47,252 bases of DNA from an uncultured Flavobacteriaceae bacterium (GTDB taxonomy: Bacteria > Bacteroidota > Bacteroidia > AKYH767-A > OLB10): positions 2,202-49,453 of the forward strand of contig CAYWHE010000002.1 in assembly GCA_964458125.1 (NCBI GenBank), in the 5' to 3' direction. Below the pieces are notes generated by a model. It saw nothing but the letters and a program-made list of their open reading frames with translations, was not told the DNA's origin and did no database searches. Shown here piece after piece: positions 1-11,600 of the stretch. The first letter of the stretch is position 1. The number at the start of each line of letters is the position of its first letter. Both the position numbers and the translations under genes were made by a program.

Positions 1-2123
1 CGAACGGATGCAGCGGAGAAGATTCCACCACCCTTACCGTATACGATTTGCCGGTGATCACTATGCCCGTGGTCAGTCCTGTTTGTGAGGGAACCCCTGT
101 CTTTGCCCTGACGGGTGTCAATCCTGCCGGGGGTGTTTATTCCGGAAATGGAATCAGCGGAAACAATTTTGATCCTGCCATGGCCGGAACCGGCACGCAT
201 GTGATCACGTATGCCTTTACGGATGCCAATGGTTGCTCGAATACTGGCAACATGAATATTACGGTAAATGCCCTTCCGAATGTCACGTTATCTTCATTCA
301 GTTCAGTGTGTCAGGATGCAGCACCCATTGCCTTGTCCGGGGGTTCACCTGCAGGAGGTTCTTACAGCGGGACAGGTGTAATCGCCGGATTATTCGATCC
401 CTTCCTGGCCGGCGCCGGCGTGCATGCCATTCAGTATGCGTATACGGATGCCAATGGTTGTTCCAATTCCGACGTCGGGAATTTAACGGTGAACGCCTTG
501 CCGGTGGTGGCGCTTTCTGCCCTTAACCCGGTATGCATCGCCTCGGCGGCCTTTCAGTTAACTGCGGGTTCACCATCAGGCGGAACGTACAGCGGTCCCG
601 GAGTTTCGGCGGGCGTATTTGACCCTGCTGTTGCCGGATTGGGTAATCATTCGATCCGTTATTCCTATACGGATCCGAACGGATGCAGCGGAGAAGATTC
701 CACCACCCTTACCGTATACGATTTGCCGGTTGTAACCTTGGCAACCTTTGGTGCCAGTTGCATAGATGCAGCACCAATTCAGCTGTCGGGAGGATTTCCT
801 GCAGGCGGGGTTTACAGCGGACCTGGTGTTGTCAACAATATTTTCAATCCAGCTCTGGCAGGAACGGGAAATAAAACCATATTCTATTCGTATACGGATG
901 CAAACGGATGTTCAAATTCAGATACTGCCGGCTTGCTTGTAAATCCTTTACCAGTTGTATCCCTGAATCTGAATTTACAGCTTTGTGAGCATGACAGTAC
1001 TCTTTTGCTTACCGGCGGGACACCTGCCGGAGGCGTTTACACCGGAAATAATATAATTGGAGGAAATTTTTATCCCCAGCCTGCAGGACCCGGTGTCCAC
1101 CAGGTGATTTATTTCTATACGGATGCCAATGGATGCACCGGTTATGACACCTCCGCTTTGACAGTGAATCCGATGATTTATCTGCATGCCGGTCCTGATG
1201 ATACCATTTGCACCGGCTACATGCTTCAACTTAACGGAACGGGAGCATCAGGACTGTACTGGTCACCGGCTGCAGGACTCAGTTGTACGGCTTGTCCAGA
1301 CCCTGTAGCATCCCCTGTTGTTTTATCTACTTATATTCTTTCCTCATCGGCAGCATGCAGCGTCCCAGATACCCTGACTATACAGGTCATACCGGCTGTT
1401 TCTGTTCAGGCAGGACCCGATACGGTACTCTGTTACGGATCATCCATTCAGTTATCAGCAGCAGCCAATGCACCTGTAATCTCCTGGGCACCCCCTTCAT
1501 CCCTTTCCTGTGAGGATTGTCCGGATCCTGTAGCCACCCCCCAGGCTCCGGTTTCCTATATTGTAACTGTTACCAATGGCAGTTGTACCGCCGCCGATAC
1601 CATATTCATACGGGTTATTCATCCGGAAGCGGACGCAGGACCTGACCATGAAATATTGTTGGGTGAATCCGTGCAGTTAAATGCTTCCGGATGTTCACAA
1701 TACAGCTGGTCACCCGGACAACTGCTGAATGATTCCCTTTCTTCATCACCCGTGGCAACACCGGAAATTACAACCGTATTTACCGTCCTTGGCGTTCTTG
1801 AGGGTTGCCAGGATTCGGATACGATCGTGGTTCATGTGATTGATATTGGTGATGCCTTGTTTGTTCCAAATGCATTTACGCCTAATAAGGATGGCAGGAA
1901 TGATTTTTTTGGCCCGGTCAGGCAAGGCCAGGTGAATGATTTTGAAATGGTCATTTTTAACCGTTGGGGGCAACGCGTTTTTGAATCCACCAGCATTACC
2001 AAATGGTGGGATGGCACATTTGGCGGTCAGTTGCAACCGGAGGGGACCTATATTTATATCATCCGTATGCGCATTAGCGGACATCCCCTGATGAAAACAG
2101 GTCGCGTCAGTCTGATCCGTTAA
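1..2123 (+). CDS. Cell-surface repeat protein with T9SS type-B sorting domain (gliding-motility-associated C-terminal / CHU_C-like); 5'-truncated by the window edge
   Basis: The frame is open from base 3 (NGCSGEDSTTLTVYDLP continues the internal repeat), so the track start at 48 (a TTG) is internal. Contains five ~75-aa Cys-bracketed repeats (C..L.GG.PAGG.YSG.GV..F.P..AG.G.H.I.Y.YTDANGCS) and three ~60-aa AGPD..C...QL repeats. It ends with FVPNAFTPNKDGRNDFF...FNRWGQRVFES...WDG...GTYIYI, the type-B CTD signature. Confidence 0.85.
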   Translation, partial: NGCSGEDSTTLTVYDLPVITMPVVSPVCEGTPVFALTGVNPAGGVYSGNGISGNNFDPAMAGTGTHVITYAFTDANGCSNTGNMNITVNALPNVTLSSFSSVCQDAAPIALSGGSPAGGSYSGTGVIAGLFDPFLAGAGVHAIQYAYTDANGCSNSDVGNLTVNALPVVALSALNPVCIASAAFQLTAGSPSGGTYSGPGVSAGVFDPAVAGLGNHSIRYSYTDPNGCSGEDSTTLTVYDLPVVTLATFGASCIDAAPIQLSGGFPAGGVYSGPGVVNNIFNPALAGTGNKTIFYSYTDANGCSNSDTAGLLVNPLPVVSLNLNLQLCEHDSTLLLTGGTPAGGVYTGNNIIGGNFYPQPAGPGVHQVIYFYTDANGCTGYDTSALTVNPMIYLHAGPDDTICTGYMLQLNGTGASGLYWSPAAGLSCTACPDPVASPVVLSTYILSSSAACSVPDTLTIQVIPAVSVQAGPDTVLCYGSSIQLSAAANAPVISWAPPSSLSCEDCPDPVATPQAPVSYIVTVTNGSCTAADTIFIRVIHPEADAGPDHEILLGESVQLNASGCSQYSWSPGQLLNDSLSSSPVATPEITTVFTVLGVLEGCQDSDTIVVHVIDIGDALFVPNAFTPNKDGRNDFFGPVRQGQVNDFEMVIFNRWGQRVFESTSITKWWDGTFGGQLQPEGTYIYIIRMRISGHPLMKTGRVSLIR

Positions 2124-2139
2124 TTAACTTATTGTTTTT

Positions 2140-2165
2140 TTCCGCATTTTGCCGGAATTTTTTTT
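2140..2165 (+). terminator. Weak intrinsic terminator candidate downstream of the first CDS
   Basis: 5-bp stem TTCCG/CGGAA (2140-2144 with 2153-2157), 8-nt loop, then T8 (2158-2165). The stem is short, so this is only a candidate. Confidence 0.3.
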
Positions 2166-2300
2166 GCAGAATTCCATCCAAATCAGATTAGTCACACCAA
2201 CACCGGCGGGAAGTTAAAGGACTTTTTGAAACCTTACTCTGTTGTGGTATTAAATATAAACAATGGATTTGACAGGACTGATCTTTTTGATTCATTAATA

Positions 2301-2331
2301 AAAATGCCCTGCATTTTTTGCAGGGCATTTT
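2301..2331. terminator. Bidirectional rho-independent terminator between convergent genes
   Basis: Perfect 13-bp stem AAAATGCCCTGCA (2301-2313) / TGCAGGGCATTTT (2319-2331) with a 5-nt loop. A/T runs on both sides allow it to act for both strands. It lies about 20 nt past the OmpA-family stop on the minus strand. Confidence 0.65.
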
Positions 2332-2352
2332 TATTTTCTCCGTCAACCGGGT

Positions 2353-4551
2353 TTATTTCATGGAAAGACCTTTTTGAATCCGGATCACACGTATTTCTGT
2401 TCTTCGGTTTAACTGATGATCTTCCTCCGAACACAGGCGTCCATCAGCACATTTGTTGATCAGCATGCTTTCGCCACCCCATTGCATTTTCTCCACCATT
2501 TTGGGATCCATGCCTCTTTTGACAAGCCAGTCGGTAGCGCCCTGTGCCCGGCGTTTGGATAATTTCATATTGTAGGCGGCCGTTCCTCTGGCATCGCAAT
2601 AGGAATTCATCAGGAGCCGGACTTCGCTGTGAGCATTGACAAACTCCAGTACTTCCTGCATGGTTTTGGCAGCATCCGGATCCCGGATATTGGATTTGTC
2701 AAAATCAAAGTATACAATTTTATACCACCGGTCATAGGGACCGATATCTTCACCCTTCGGCAATTCAACAATAAATTCATAATCTTTTTCCTTTGCCTGT
2801 CCTTCATTGGACATGTAAATCACTTTGGGCTGGTATCCGCCCTTGGTAATGATCAGGTGCAGGTTGGTATTCGGTTTAAGTTCCTGCCACCAGACGCCTT
2901 TTTCATCCGTATAACCCAGGGTATGCTCCGTCTGATCAAGCCCGATGGTAGCTTCTTTTATTGGCTTCTTCGTTTCCTTGTCTATAACCTTTACAATCAG
3001 TTTGTATTTTTTGACGGGTCTTGGCTCAATTTCCAGCTTGACATGGTAATCTTCCAAAGGAAATATTCCCGCAGTGCTGAATGATTTTAAATCCGTGGAA
3101 TATTCTTCCTTACCGGCTTCAACGGTATAATCCTTATTGGTAACTATTGGCATCTCAAAGCTTCCGTCTTCACGGCTTAACGTTTCGCCTTCCTTGATGT
3201 TATTGCTTTTCAAAGAAACAATTGCGCCAGCTACGGGAATAGCTGTACCTTTCTTAACCACTAAACCGGTCAGTTTGATAATTTTGGTAAAGGCATATAT
3301 TTCATCATTTGCATTCTTTTGTTCCCGGTTGGAACAAACATAGCCATAGTTGGTAGTGTTATCGAACAGGATTCCGAAATCATCTTCACTGCTGTTGATC
3401 GGTGCCCCCATGTTTTTCACTTCAGTTGTCATCTGGTTGTCTTTCATTTTACACCAGTAGATATCCAGACCTCCCAATCCGTCCCGTCCATTGGACGAGA
3501 AAATAAATGTGCCGTCCGCATGCTGGTATGGAAATAGTTCGTTACCGGCTGAATTGATTTTATTTCCCATGTTAACGGGTTTGCCCCAACCGGCCGAATC
3601 TTTATTACAAAAATAGAGATCCATGCCTCCTGAACCACCGGGCATATCGGATGAAAAATACAACCGGTTTCCGTCGGGACTCAGTGCCGTATGCCCGCAG
3701 TTATAGCTGTTGCTGTTGTATGGAAAGTCATCAATCGTCATCCATTTATCGTTGATTTTTTTGGCATGAAAAATCTTCAGGTTGATAGCCTGGTCTTTCC
3801 GGGTCAGGGACCTCGCTTTTTCGATGTTATTCCTGGTAATATAGATTTCATTTCCTTCTTTGTTGAAACAAACGGGACCATCGTTATATTTGATCTGCAG
3901 CTGCATGTCAAAGGGGATGGTCTCTGTAAAACTCAGTCCTTTCCCTTTGGCGTGAAATAAGGTCAGGAACGGCTGGCCGGTCCATTCGTGAGTTCTTTGT
4001 CCGATCTGCTTGCTGGTCCGGGAGGAAGCAAATACAATCCCGTTGTCATATATAACCGGACTGAAATCACCATTTTCAGAATTGATGGTAAGTTTCTGCA
4101 AGGTGTACCTCGATGAATCCATAAAATATCCGGGAAGGTTTTCCAATGACTGTAAAGCCAGTTGCCCTCTTGAATCATCGGGATGATCCTTAGTGAATTG
4201 TATAAACCATGCCTTGGCTTTATCGTATTTTCTGTTGTTAAACAAAGCCTGTCCATAGTAATACTTATGGATGATTTTAACGTCAGATGTTTTTACAATC
4301 TGCTCATACCAGTATTCTGCGCGTTCACTGTTTCCGGTCAGACGGTAACAATCTGCAAGTTTTATTTTCGCTGCTGTGATGTCCGGTTTTTTCTTCAGGA
4401 GCGATTCGTATTCGGGAATGGCCTCCGAATAGGCCAGATGATCGTAATATTCATCTGCTTTAATCTGGTGTACGTTTTGCGCCCAGGAGTTGAAGCTGCA
4501 TATCAGCAGGTACAGGCATGGCGCCAGGATATATTTTATTTTGTTTTTCAT
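2353..4551 (-). CDS. OmpA-family outer-membrane protein with N-terminal TPR, PD40/TolB-like beta-propeller and carboxypeptidase-regulatory-like domains
   Basis: 732 aa with a signal peptide and TPR-like helices (aa ~30-130). PD40-type blades are visible (LSPDGNRLYFSSD..GG.DLYF; ELFPY..DG.FIFSSNG..GLGGLDIYW). Two beta-sandwich segments follow (LTGLVVKKGTAIPVAGAIVSL...). The C-terminus is an OmpA/MotB peptidoglycan-binding domain (VYFDFDKS...NMKLSKRRA...NRRTEIRV). It starts 24 nt after the PorP/SprF gene. Confidence 0.9.
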   Translation of the reverse strand: MKNKIKYILAPCLYLLICSFNSWAQNVHQIKADEYYDHLAYSEAIPEYESLLKKKPDITAAKIKLADCYRLTGNSERAEYWYEQIVKTSDVKIIHKYYYGQALFNNRKYDKAKAWFIQFTKDHPDDSRGQLALQSLENLPGYFMDSSRYTLQKLTINSENGDFSPVIYDNGIVFASSRTSKQIGQRTHEWTGQPFLTLFHAKGKGLSFTETIPFDMQLQIKYNDGPVCFNKEGNEIYITRNNIEKARSLTRKDQAINLKIFHAKKINDKWMTIDDFPYNSNSYNCGHTALSPDGNRLYFSSDMPGGSGGMDLYFCNKDSAGWGKPVNMGNKINSAGNELFPYQHADGTFIFSSNGRDGLGGLDIYWCKMKDNQMTTEVKNMGAPINSSEDDFGILFDNTTNYGYVCSNREQKNANDEIYAFTKIIKLTGLVVKKGTAIPVAGAIVSLKSNNIKEGETLSREDGSFEMPIVTNKDYTVEAGKEEYSTDLKSFSTAGIFPLEDYHVKLEIEPRPVKKYKLIVKVIDKETKKPIKEATIGLDQTEHTLGYTDEKGVWWQELKPNTNLHLIITKGGYQPKVIYMSNEGQAKEKDYEFIVELPKGEDIGPYDRWYKIVYFDFDKSNIRDPDAAKTMQEVLEFVNAHSEVRLLMNSYCDARGTAAYNMKLSKRRAQGATDWLVKRGMDPKMVEKMQWGGESMLINKCADGRLCSEEDHQLNRRTEIRVIRIQKGLSMK

Positions 4552-4575
4552 GATCAGGTTATTTTATTGTTTGTA

Positions 4576-5529
4576 TTAAAAAAAGCGGGGTGTGACAATT
4601 TTGGCTTTATTGAAACTGAGATCATATCCCAGACTGATTTCATGTGATCCTGAATTGTAATTGGAAAGCCTGGTCAGTGTGTAATCGTATGAGTATCCGA
4701 AACGCAGTTGTTTGGTGATCTGGAATTGGGTCAGGAGGGCAATGGCATCACCCGTCCTGTAGGAGGCACCAAGCCAGAACAGTTGTTTGAAAAGCACATT
4801 GAAGCTGATATCACCCTCCAGAGGTGCGCCTTGGGTAGCCTTGATCATGATGGATGGTTTGCATTTGAAGTTCGGATCAAGGGTAAAGACGTACGCCGAA
4901 TAGAAGTAATAATGCCAGTCATGGATATTGGCTTTATTGGAAACTATTTTGAGTGCATATGGATCCACTTTGTTTTCAAGGAATCTGGGTACGGAAAGCC
5001 CGGCATAGAAGCGGTCGGTATTGTAATATAACCCGAATCCGAAATTGGGCATCGTTTTGTTCAGAATGTTGTTGGAGAACTCCGGATCATTGGGATCAAT
5101 CGTGGTTACATCCAGCAGTTTTTCCCGCACATTCACAATCCCTCCCTGCAAGCCAAACGCCAGCATGCCTGTTTCGCTTGTTTTGAGGTGATAGGAATAA
5201 TTCAGGAAGGCGGTGGTGTTATTGCTGACGCCAATCCTGTCATTCATGACGCAAACACCAAGTCCCATCTGTTTATAAAAGACCGGAGTATGTGCGCTAA
5301 AGGTGGCCGTCCTGGGCGCCCCATCCATTCCTGTCCACTGATCACGGTAGAGGATACCAAAGGATGGAAATCCGCGTGTACCTGCATAGGCGGGGTTAAT
5401 AAACATCTCATTGTTCATGTACTGTGTAAACTGCGGTTCATATTGTGCGGAGGCGGTTAATGAACTTAGCAACAATACGATCAGCAGATTAAACCGGAGA
5501 TTTTGTTGAATTTGTTTTTTGCAAATCAT
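4576..5529 (-). CDS. Type IX secretion system membrane protein, PorP/SprF family
   Basis: 317 aa. A signal peptide is followed by AQYEPQFTQYMNNEMFINPAYAG, the N-terminal hallmark of PorP/SprF beta-barrels. The pattern is beta-rich and alternating, ending ...VTPRFF. It lies 80 nt downstream of a type-B-CTD cargo gene, the usual genomic context. Confidence 0.9.
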   Translation of the reverse strand: MICKKQIQQNLRFNLLIVLLLSSLTASAQYEPQFTQYMNNEMFINPAYAGTRGFPSFGILYRDQWTGMDGAPRTATFSAHTPVFYKQMGLGVCVMNDRIGVSNNTTAFLNYSYHLKTSETGMLAFGLQGGIVNVREKLLDVTTIDPNDPEFSNNILNKTMPNFGFGLYYNTDRFYAGLSVPRFLENKVDPYALKIVSNKANIHDWHYYFYSAYVFTLDPNFKCKPSIMIKATQGAPLEGDISFNVLFKQLFWLGASYRTGDAIALLTQFQITKQLRFGYSYDYTLTRLSNYNSGSHEISLGYDLSFNKAKIVTPRFF

Positions 5530-5609
5530 AACGTTATATATTTTTATAAATTAGCTTAATGTGAACTGAGTAATTGATGATATTGGGCAAATCATTTCTG
5601 ATGTAAGGT

Positions 5610-8600
5610 TTAATATCTTAAAGTTATATATCCTTGTATGGGTTTGGAGTGATTATTCAAATCCAGGATATAGAAATACGTTCCCGGCGGCACTTTTTTT
5701 CCAATGTAGATACCCGAGACATTGGAGATACCGTCCCAGTTGTTGTTGTAATCATGTGTTTTAAAGATGAGGTTACCCCACCGGTTGTAAATCCATATTT
5801 TATTGCCCGGGTAATTTTCAATGCCTGTAATGGTATAGCCATCGTTGATTCCATCGCTGTTAGGGGAAAAGCCTGTCGGAATCACCAGTGTATCGCAATC
5901 AATACCGACTTCAATGGTAGCGGTTTTCTGACAGCCGAACTCACCGGTTATGGTAACGGTGTAGACGGTGGATTGCAGTGGCGCGGCAAGTGGATTGTAA
6001 ATGTTGCTGTAGTTGAGACCCTGTTCTGGATTCCATTGGTAGGAGATACCACCGTAGACGTAAAGCTGGGCGGATTCTCCGTCCCTGGTGCAGATGATAG
6101 AATTGGGGCTGGTGGAGACCTGTCCGACCTGGTGGACGGTAACGGAGATGGGTTCGGAAACATAGCTGCCGCAGGCATTGGCCACTATAACCGTATACGA
6201 ACCGGCGGCAGGGGTTGTGAATGTAAAGGAGTTAGCACCCTGCAGGGGCTGCCCGTTGAGGTACCACTGGTAAACGACCCCCGGAATGGAATCGGCCGAG
6301 AGGGTGACCAGTTCACCGATGCACACTTCGGTAGGTCCTGTTGCTACGGCATGGAATATGGAATTATCGGCAATGGAGTAAACAGCGGTGGTGTTGCAGC
6401 CCCTGGCATCGGTGATGGTGACAGTATAGGATCCAGCCAAAAGCTGCTGGAGGTTCTGCGAGGTGGCGCCATTACTCCAGTTAAAGACATAGGGAGCAGT
6501 ACCACCGTTGACAAAGGTGGTGATGGTACCTCCGCTGCCAAAGAGGCAGTTGGCAGCCGTGGTATGAGCGGAAGCGGACAGTGGAGACAGGGGCTGTGCC
6601 ATCACCACGCTCAGAGAAGCAGTACAGCCGTTGGCATCGGTGACGGTGACGGTATAGGTACCTGCGTTGAGAGATGCGATATCCTGTGAGGTGGCTCCGT
6701 TGCTCCAGAGGTATGCATAGGGTGGCGTACCCATGGTGACGGAAAGATCGATGGCGCCGGTTGGATTATTGTAACAATCAATGAGCTGGCTGATCTGCGC
6801 CAGGGGAACAAGCGCTCCGGAAGGTTGCCCGATGGTGGCGGAAGCCAGGATTGTGCAACCGTTGGCATCGGTAAGGGTAACGGTGTATGTACCTGCCCCG
6901 GCCCCGGCGAGGTCTTCGGAGGTGTTACCGTTGCTCCAGTAGAATGAATAAGGCGGAGTACCATTGGCAGGCTGCAGGTCGATAGCCCCGGTTGGCGCAC
7001 CGAAACAAAGGACCTGTTGTGTAACAGCAATTGTTGCGGTAAGTGCGGCGGCAGGCTGGCTCACACCGGCAGAGAGGGCGAATGAACAACCTTTGCTGTC
7101 GGTTACGGTGACCGAATAGGATCCTGCGGCAAGCCCGGAGATGGTCTTGGTGGTCATGCCGTTACTCCAGAGATAATAATAGGGGTATGTTCCACCTTGT
7201 ACGGAAATATTGATGAGCCCGGTGAGTTCGCCATAGCAGGCCACATCGGTAACCGATGAAATATTGGCCACCAGGATTGTATCGGGCTGGCCGATTTTAG
7301 CCGAAGCGGTTCCTGTACAACCGTTGGCATCTGTAACAATAACAGTATAGGTACCGGAAGAGAGATTGGCGGCATCTTCATTGGTATCCCCGTTGCTCCA
7401 AAGAAAGGTATATGGGACCGTTCCACCGGCAGTGTTCAGATCAATGAGCCCATTGACTCCTCCGAAACAGTCGACATGCTGGAGCACAGTTGCGGTAGGA
7501 GCCAGCGGGGCCAGGGGCTGAGAGACCGCAATACCGGATAGGGAGGTGGAACAGCCGTTGATATCAGTGACCTGGACGGCGTAGGCACCGGAATCAAGGC
7601 CGGCCAGGGAAGCGAGTGTATCACCGGTATTCCAGAGATAGGCATAGGGTGCAGTACCGCCTGTAACCGAGAGGCTGATGGCGCCGTTGTTGCCTCCGAA
7701 ACAACTGACGGACGTGATGGCGGAAGTATTGGCATTGAGTGCAGCAGGAGGCTGGATGACGGCCAGGCCCGTAACCTGAAAGACACAACCGTTGGCATCG
7801 GTGATGGTTGCATCGTATGAACCGGCCATGAGGTTGGCGATGGATGAGGAGAGGGCCCCATTGCTCCAGAGGTAATTGTATGGAGGAGTACCGCCGTTGG
7901 TGGCCAGGGAGAGGGCCCCGTTCATACCGCCGAAACAATCAACGGGTGAGTTGGAAGAAACCGAAGCACTAAGGGCAGCGGCAGGCTGTGAGATGAGCAG
8001 AGCCGGGAGGATGGCCGAACAACCGTTGGCATCGGTAACAGTAACAGTATAAGAACCTGGCTGCAGACCGGAAACAGAAGCGGCAGCCTGACCGTTATTC
8101 CACAGGAAGGTATAGGGTGCGGTACCACCGGATGCGGCAACGGCAAGGACACCGTTACCGGCGCCAAAACAATCCACGTTTGTTGTTGAAGCCAGGGAGG
8201 GGTTCAGGGGAGCGGCAGGCTGGGTGACCATGGCGGCTGCGGTGTTGATACAACCGTTGGCATCGGTGATGGTGGTGGAATAGATACCGGAAGGGAGGTT
8301 GGAGAGGTTTTGTGAAGTGGCCCCGTTGCTCCAGAGGTAGGCGTATGGTGGAGTTCCGCCGGCAGGGGAAAGAGCAATGGCCCCGGAATGGTTACCGTAG
8401 CAGTCGACCTGGAGGGTGACGGCGATGGAGCTGCTCAGTGCACCCGGAGGCTGGGAAACGTTGGCGGAAGCATGAAACAGGCATCCGTTGGCATCGGTGA
8501 CCGTGACGAAATAGGAACCGGAATACAGGCCGGAAATATTCTGAGTGGAGGCGGCATTGCTCCACAGGAAGGCATAGGGAGGGGAACCACCGTTGACAGA

Positions 8601-11600
8601 GAGGGAGACGGTTCCGTTACCACCGGAATTACAGGAGACGTTTTGTGTGGTGATGGCGCTGCCGGCAAGAGGAGCTGCCGGCTGACTGACCAGGATGGCG
8701 GCCAGGGTGTTGGAACATCCGTTGTCATCGGTAACGGTAACGGCATACGAACCGGCGGTTAGGCCTGTGATGTTTTGGAGGGAGGATCCGTTACTCCAGA
8801 AGAAGGAATAAGGAGGAGTGCCCCCGGAAGAGGAGAGGGAGATGCTTCCGGAAGCAGCGCCATAACAATCCACGTTGGAAGAGGAAGCGACGGCACTGGC
8901 AAGGGCGGCGGGAGGCTGGCTGATGTTCAGGCCCGCCAGGGAGGTATTGCAGCCGTTGGCATCGGTGATGGAAACGGAGTAAGAACCAGCGGGAACGGAA
9001 GAGAGGTTTTGGGACTGGCTGCCGTTGCTCCAGTTAAAAGCATAAGGAGCGGTACCGCCGGCAACGTTGAGGGAAAGGGCTCCTGAATTGTTGCCGAAAC
9101 AGTCCACGGGAGTGTTACCGGCCAGTGCGGCCTGGAGGGCAGCCGGGGGCTGTGCAATGGAGATGGCGGCAATGGAGGTGATACAGCCGTGATCATCGGT
9201 GATGGTGACGTTGTAGGAACCGGAAGGGATGGCGGAGAGGTTTTGGGAAGAGGCCCCGTTGCTCCAGGCGAATGCATAAGGGGATGTGCCGCCGGCAACG
9301 GAGAGGGAGATGTTTCCGGTGTTGTTTCCAAAGCAGGCCACCGGGGTGCTGGAGGTGACGGCAGCGCTCAGGGCGGCAGCAGGCTGTTCAATGGTGATGG
9401 CGGGCAGGGAAGTGGAACATCCATTGGCATCGGTGATGGCAACGGAGTAAGAACCAGCGGGCAGGGAAGCGATGTTTTGGGACTGTGCCCCGTTGCTCCA
9501 GTTGAAGGTGTAGGGAGCGGTTCCACCGGCAACGGAGAGGTTCAGGGAGCCGTTGTTACCGCCGAAGCAGGCGACATCCGAGGAGGCGGAGACCTGGGCG
9601 ACCAGTGCAGCGGGAGGCTGTGCGATGACCAGGCCGGTCTGGACAGTAGAACAGCCATTGTCATCGGTAACGGTCACCGTATATGAACCGGCGGGAATAG
9701 CGGAGTTGTTCTGGGAAGAACTGCCGTTGCTCCAGTTAAAAGTATAAGGAGCGGTACCTCCGGCCACGTTGAGGAAGATGGATCCGTTGCTGCCGCCGAA
9801 GCAGGAAACATCAGCGGAAGCGGCAAGGGAAGAGGAGAGGGCAAGGGGCGGCTGAGGCACGCTGATGGCGTTAACCTGTCCGGAACAGCCGTTGGCATCG
9901 GTGACGGTTACCGAGTACTGACCGGCCTGGACAGCGGAAAGGTTTTGAGAGGAGGCCCCGTTGCTCCAGTGAAAGGAATAGGAAGCCGTACCACCGTTGA
10001 CGGAGAGGTTGACGGCTCCGTTGTTTCCCCCGAAACAGGAGACCGGGGAGATGGAAGAGGCGGAAATTGTCAGGGGGTTAACCGGCTGAGAAACCAGGAG
10101 GTTGTTCAGGGAGGTGAAGCAACCGTTGGCGTCGGAAACTAAAACCGAATAGGTCCCTGCCGATAACTGGGAGGCAGCGGAGGAAGAAGATCCGTTGTTC
10201 CACAGATAGGAATAGGGCGGGGTACCGCCGGCAGCCAGGACCGTGAGAGCTCCGTTGTTGCCACCGAAGCAATCTACCTGAGCGGCAGCGGAAATGGAAG
10301 CGCTCAATGGTTCAGGGGGCCCAGCAATGGAAATGGCGGATTGAGAAACGGAGCATCCGTTGGCATCGGTAACAGAAACCGTATACGAACCTGCAGGGAG
10401 AGCGAACTGATCTTCAGTAGAGGCTCCGTTGCTCCAGTTGAAAGCATAGGGAGGGGTGCCACCGCTGACGGTTAAGTCGACCGAACCGTTGCTGCCTCCA
10501 AAACAGGCAACGGCGGACTGGGCCGTAATACCAACAGACAGGGTAGCGGCAGGCTGAGCGATAACGGCGGAAGAGACATTGATGCAGCCGTTGTTATCAA
10601 TAACGATAACGGAATAAGTGCCGGCCTGGAGACCGGCGATGTCTTCGGTGGTTTCGCCGTTGCTCCACTGGAAGGAATAGGGAGGGGTGCCGCCGGTAGC
10701 GGAAAGGTTGATCGATCCGTTCTGACCACCAAAGCAGAGCACCTGCTGACTGACGTTAATGGAGGAGTTGAGGGATCCCGGAGGTTGGGAAATGGAGGTC
10801 GAAGAATTGGAGACACAACCGTTGGCATCGGTAATGGTGACGACATAGTTACCGGCATAAAGGCCGGCAATATTCTGTGTGGAGGCTCCGTTGCTCCAGA
10901 GAAAGGAATAGGGAGCCGTTCCGCCGTTGACGGCCAGTTGGATGGCTCCATTGGCGCCGGAGTTACAGGAGACATTGGAAGTGGTGGTAGCGGAAGCGGA
11001 GATTGGAGCGGCCGGTTGGGTAACCTGGATGGCGGCAGCAGTGAAGATACAACCGTTATCATCGGTTACGGTGACGGTATAGGAACCGGCCGGTATATTG
11101 TTCAGATCCTGGGACTGATGGCCATTGCTCCAGAGGTAGGTATAACCGGGGGTGCCTCCCGAGACCTGCAAATCGATGGATCCGGAGGCGTTTCCATGGC
11201 AGGCGACATTGGAAGTGGAGGAAGCGGAAGCCTGTACAGGGTTGAGAGGCTGGGAAATGAGGATGGAAGAGATGTCATCCACACAACCGTTCAGATCGGT
11301 AATGGTGACGGAATAGTTCCCGGTAGAGAGACCGGAAATGGCCTCGGTGGTGGCGCCATTGTTCCACAGGAAGGAGTAAGGAGCGGTACCGCCGGCGACA
11401 GTAATTTGAAGCGCACCATTGCTGCCGCCGTTGCAGGAGACGTTGGAGATGGAAGAAACGGATGCAGCCAGAGCCGCGGGAGGTTCATCAATAAGAATGG
11501 CCTGAATGGCGGCCAGGCAGCCGTTGAAGTCGGTAACGGTTACTGAATATGAACCTGCAGGCAGGGAAGTTATGTTTTGGGAGGAGGCTCCGTTGCTCCA

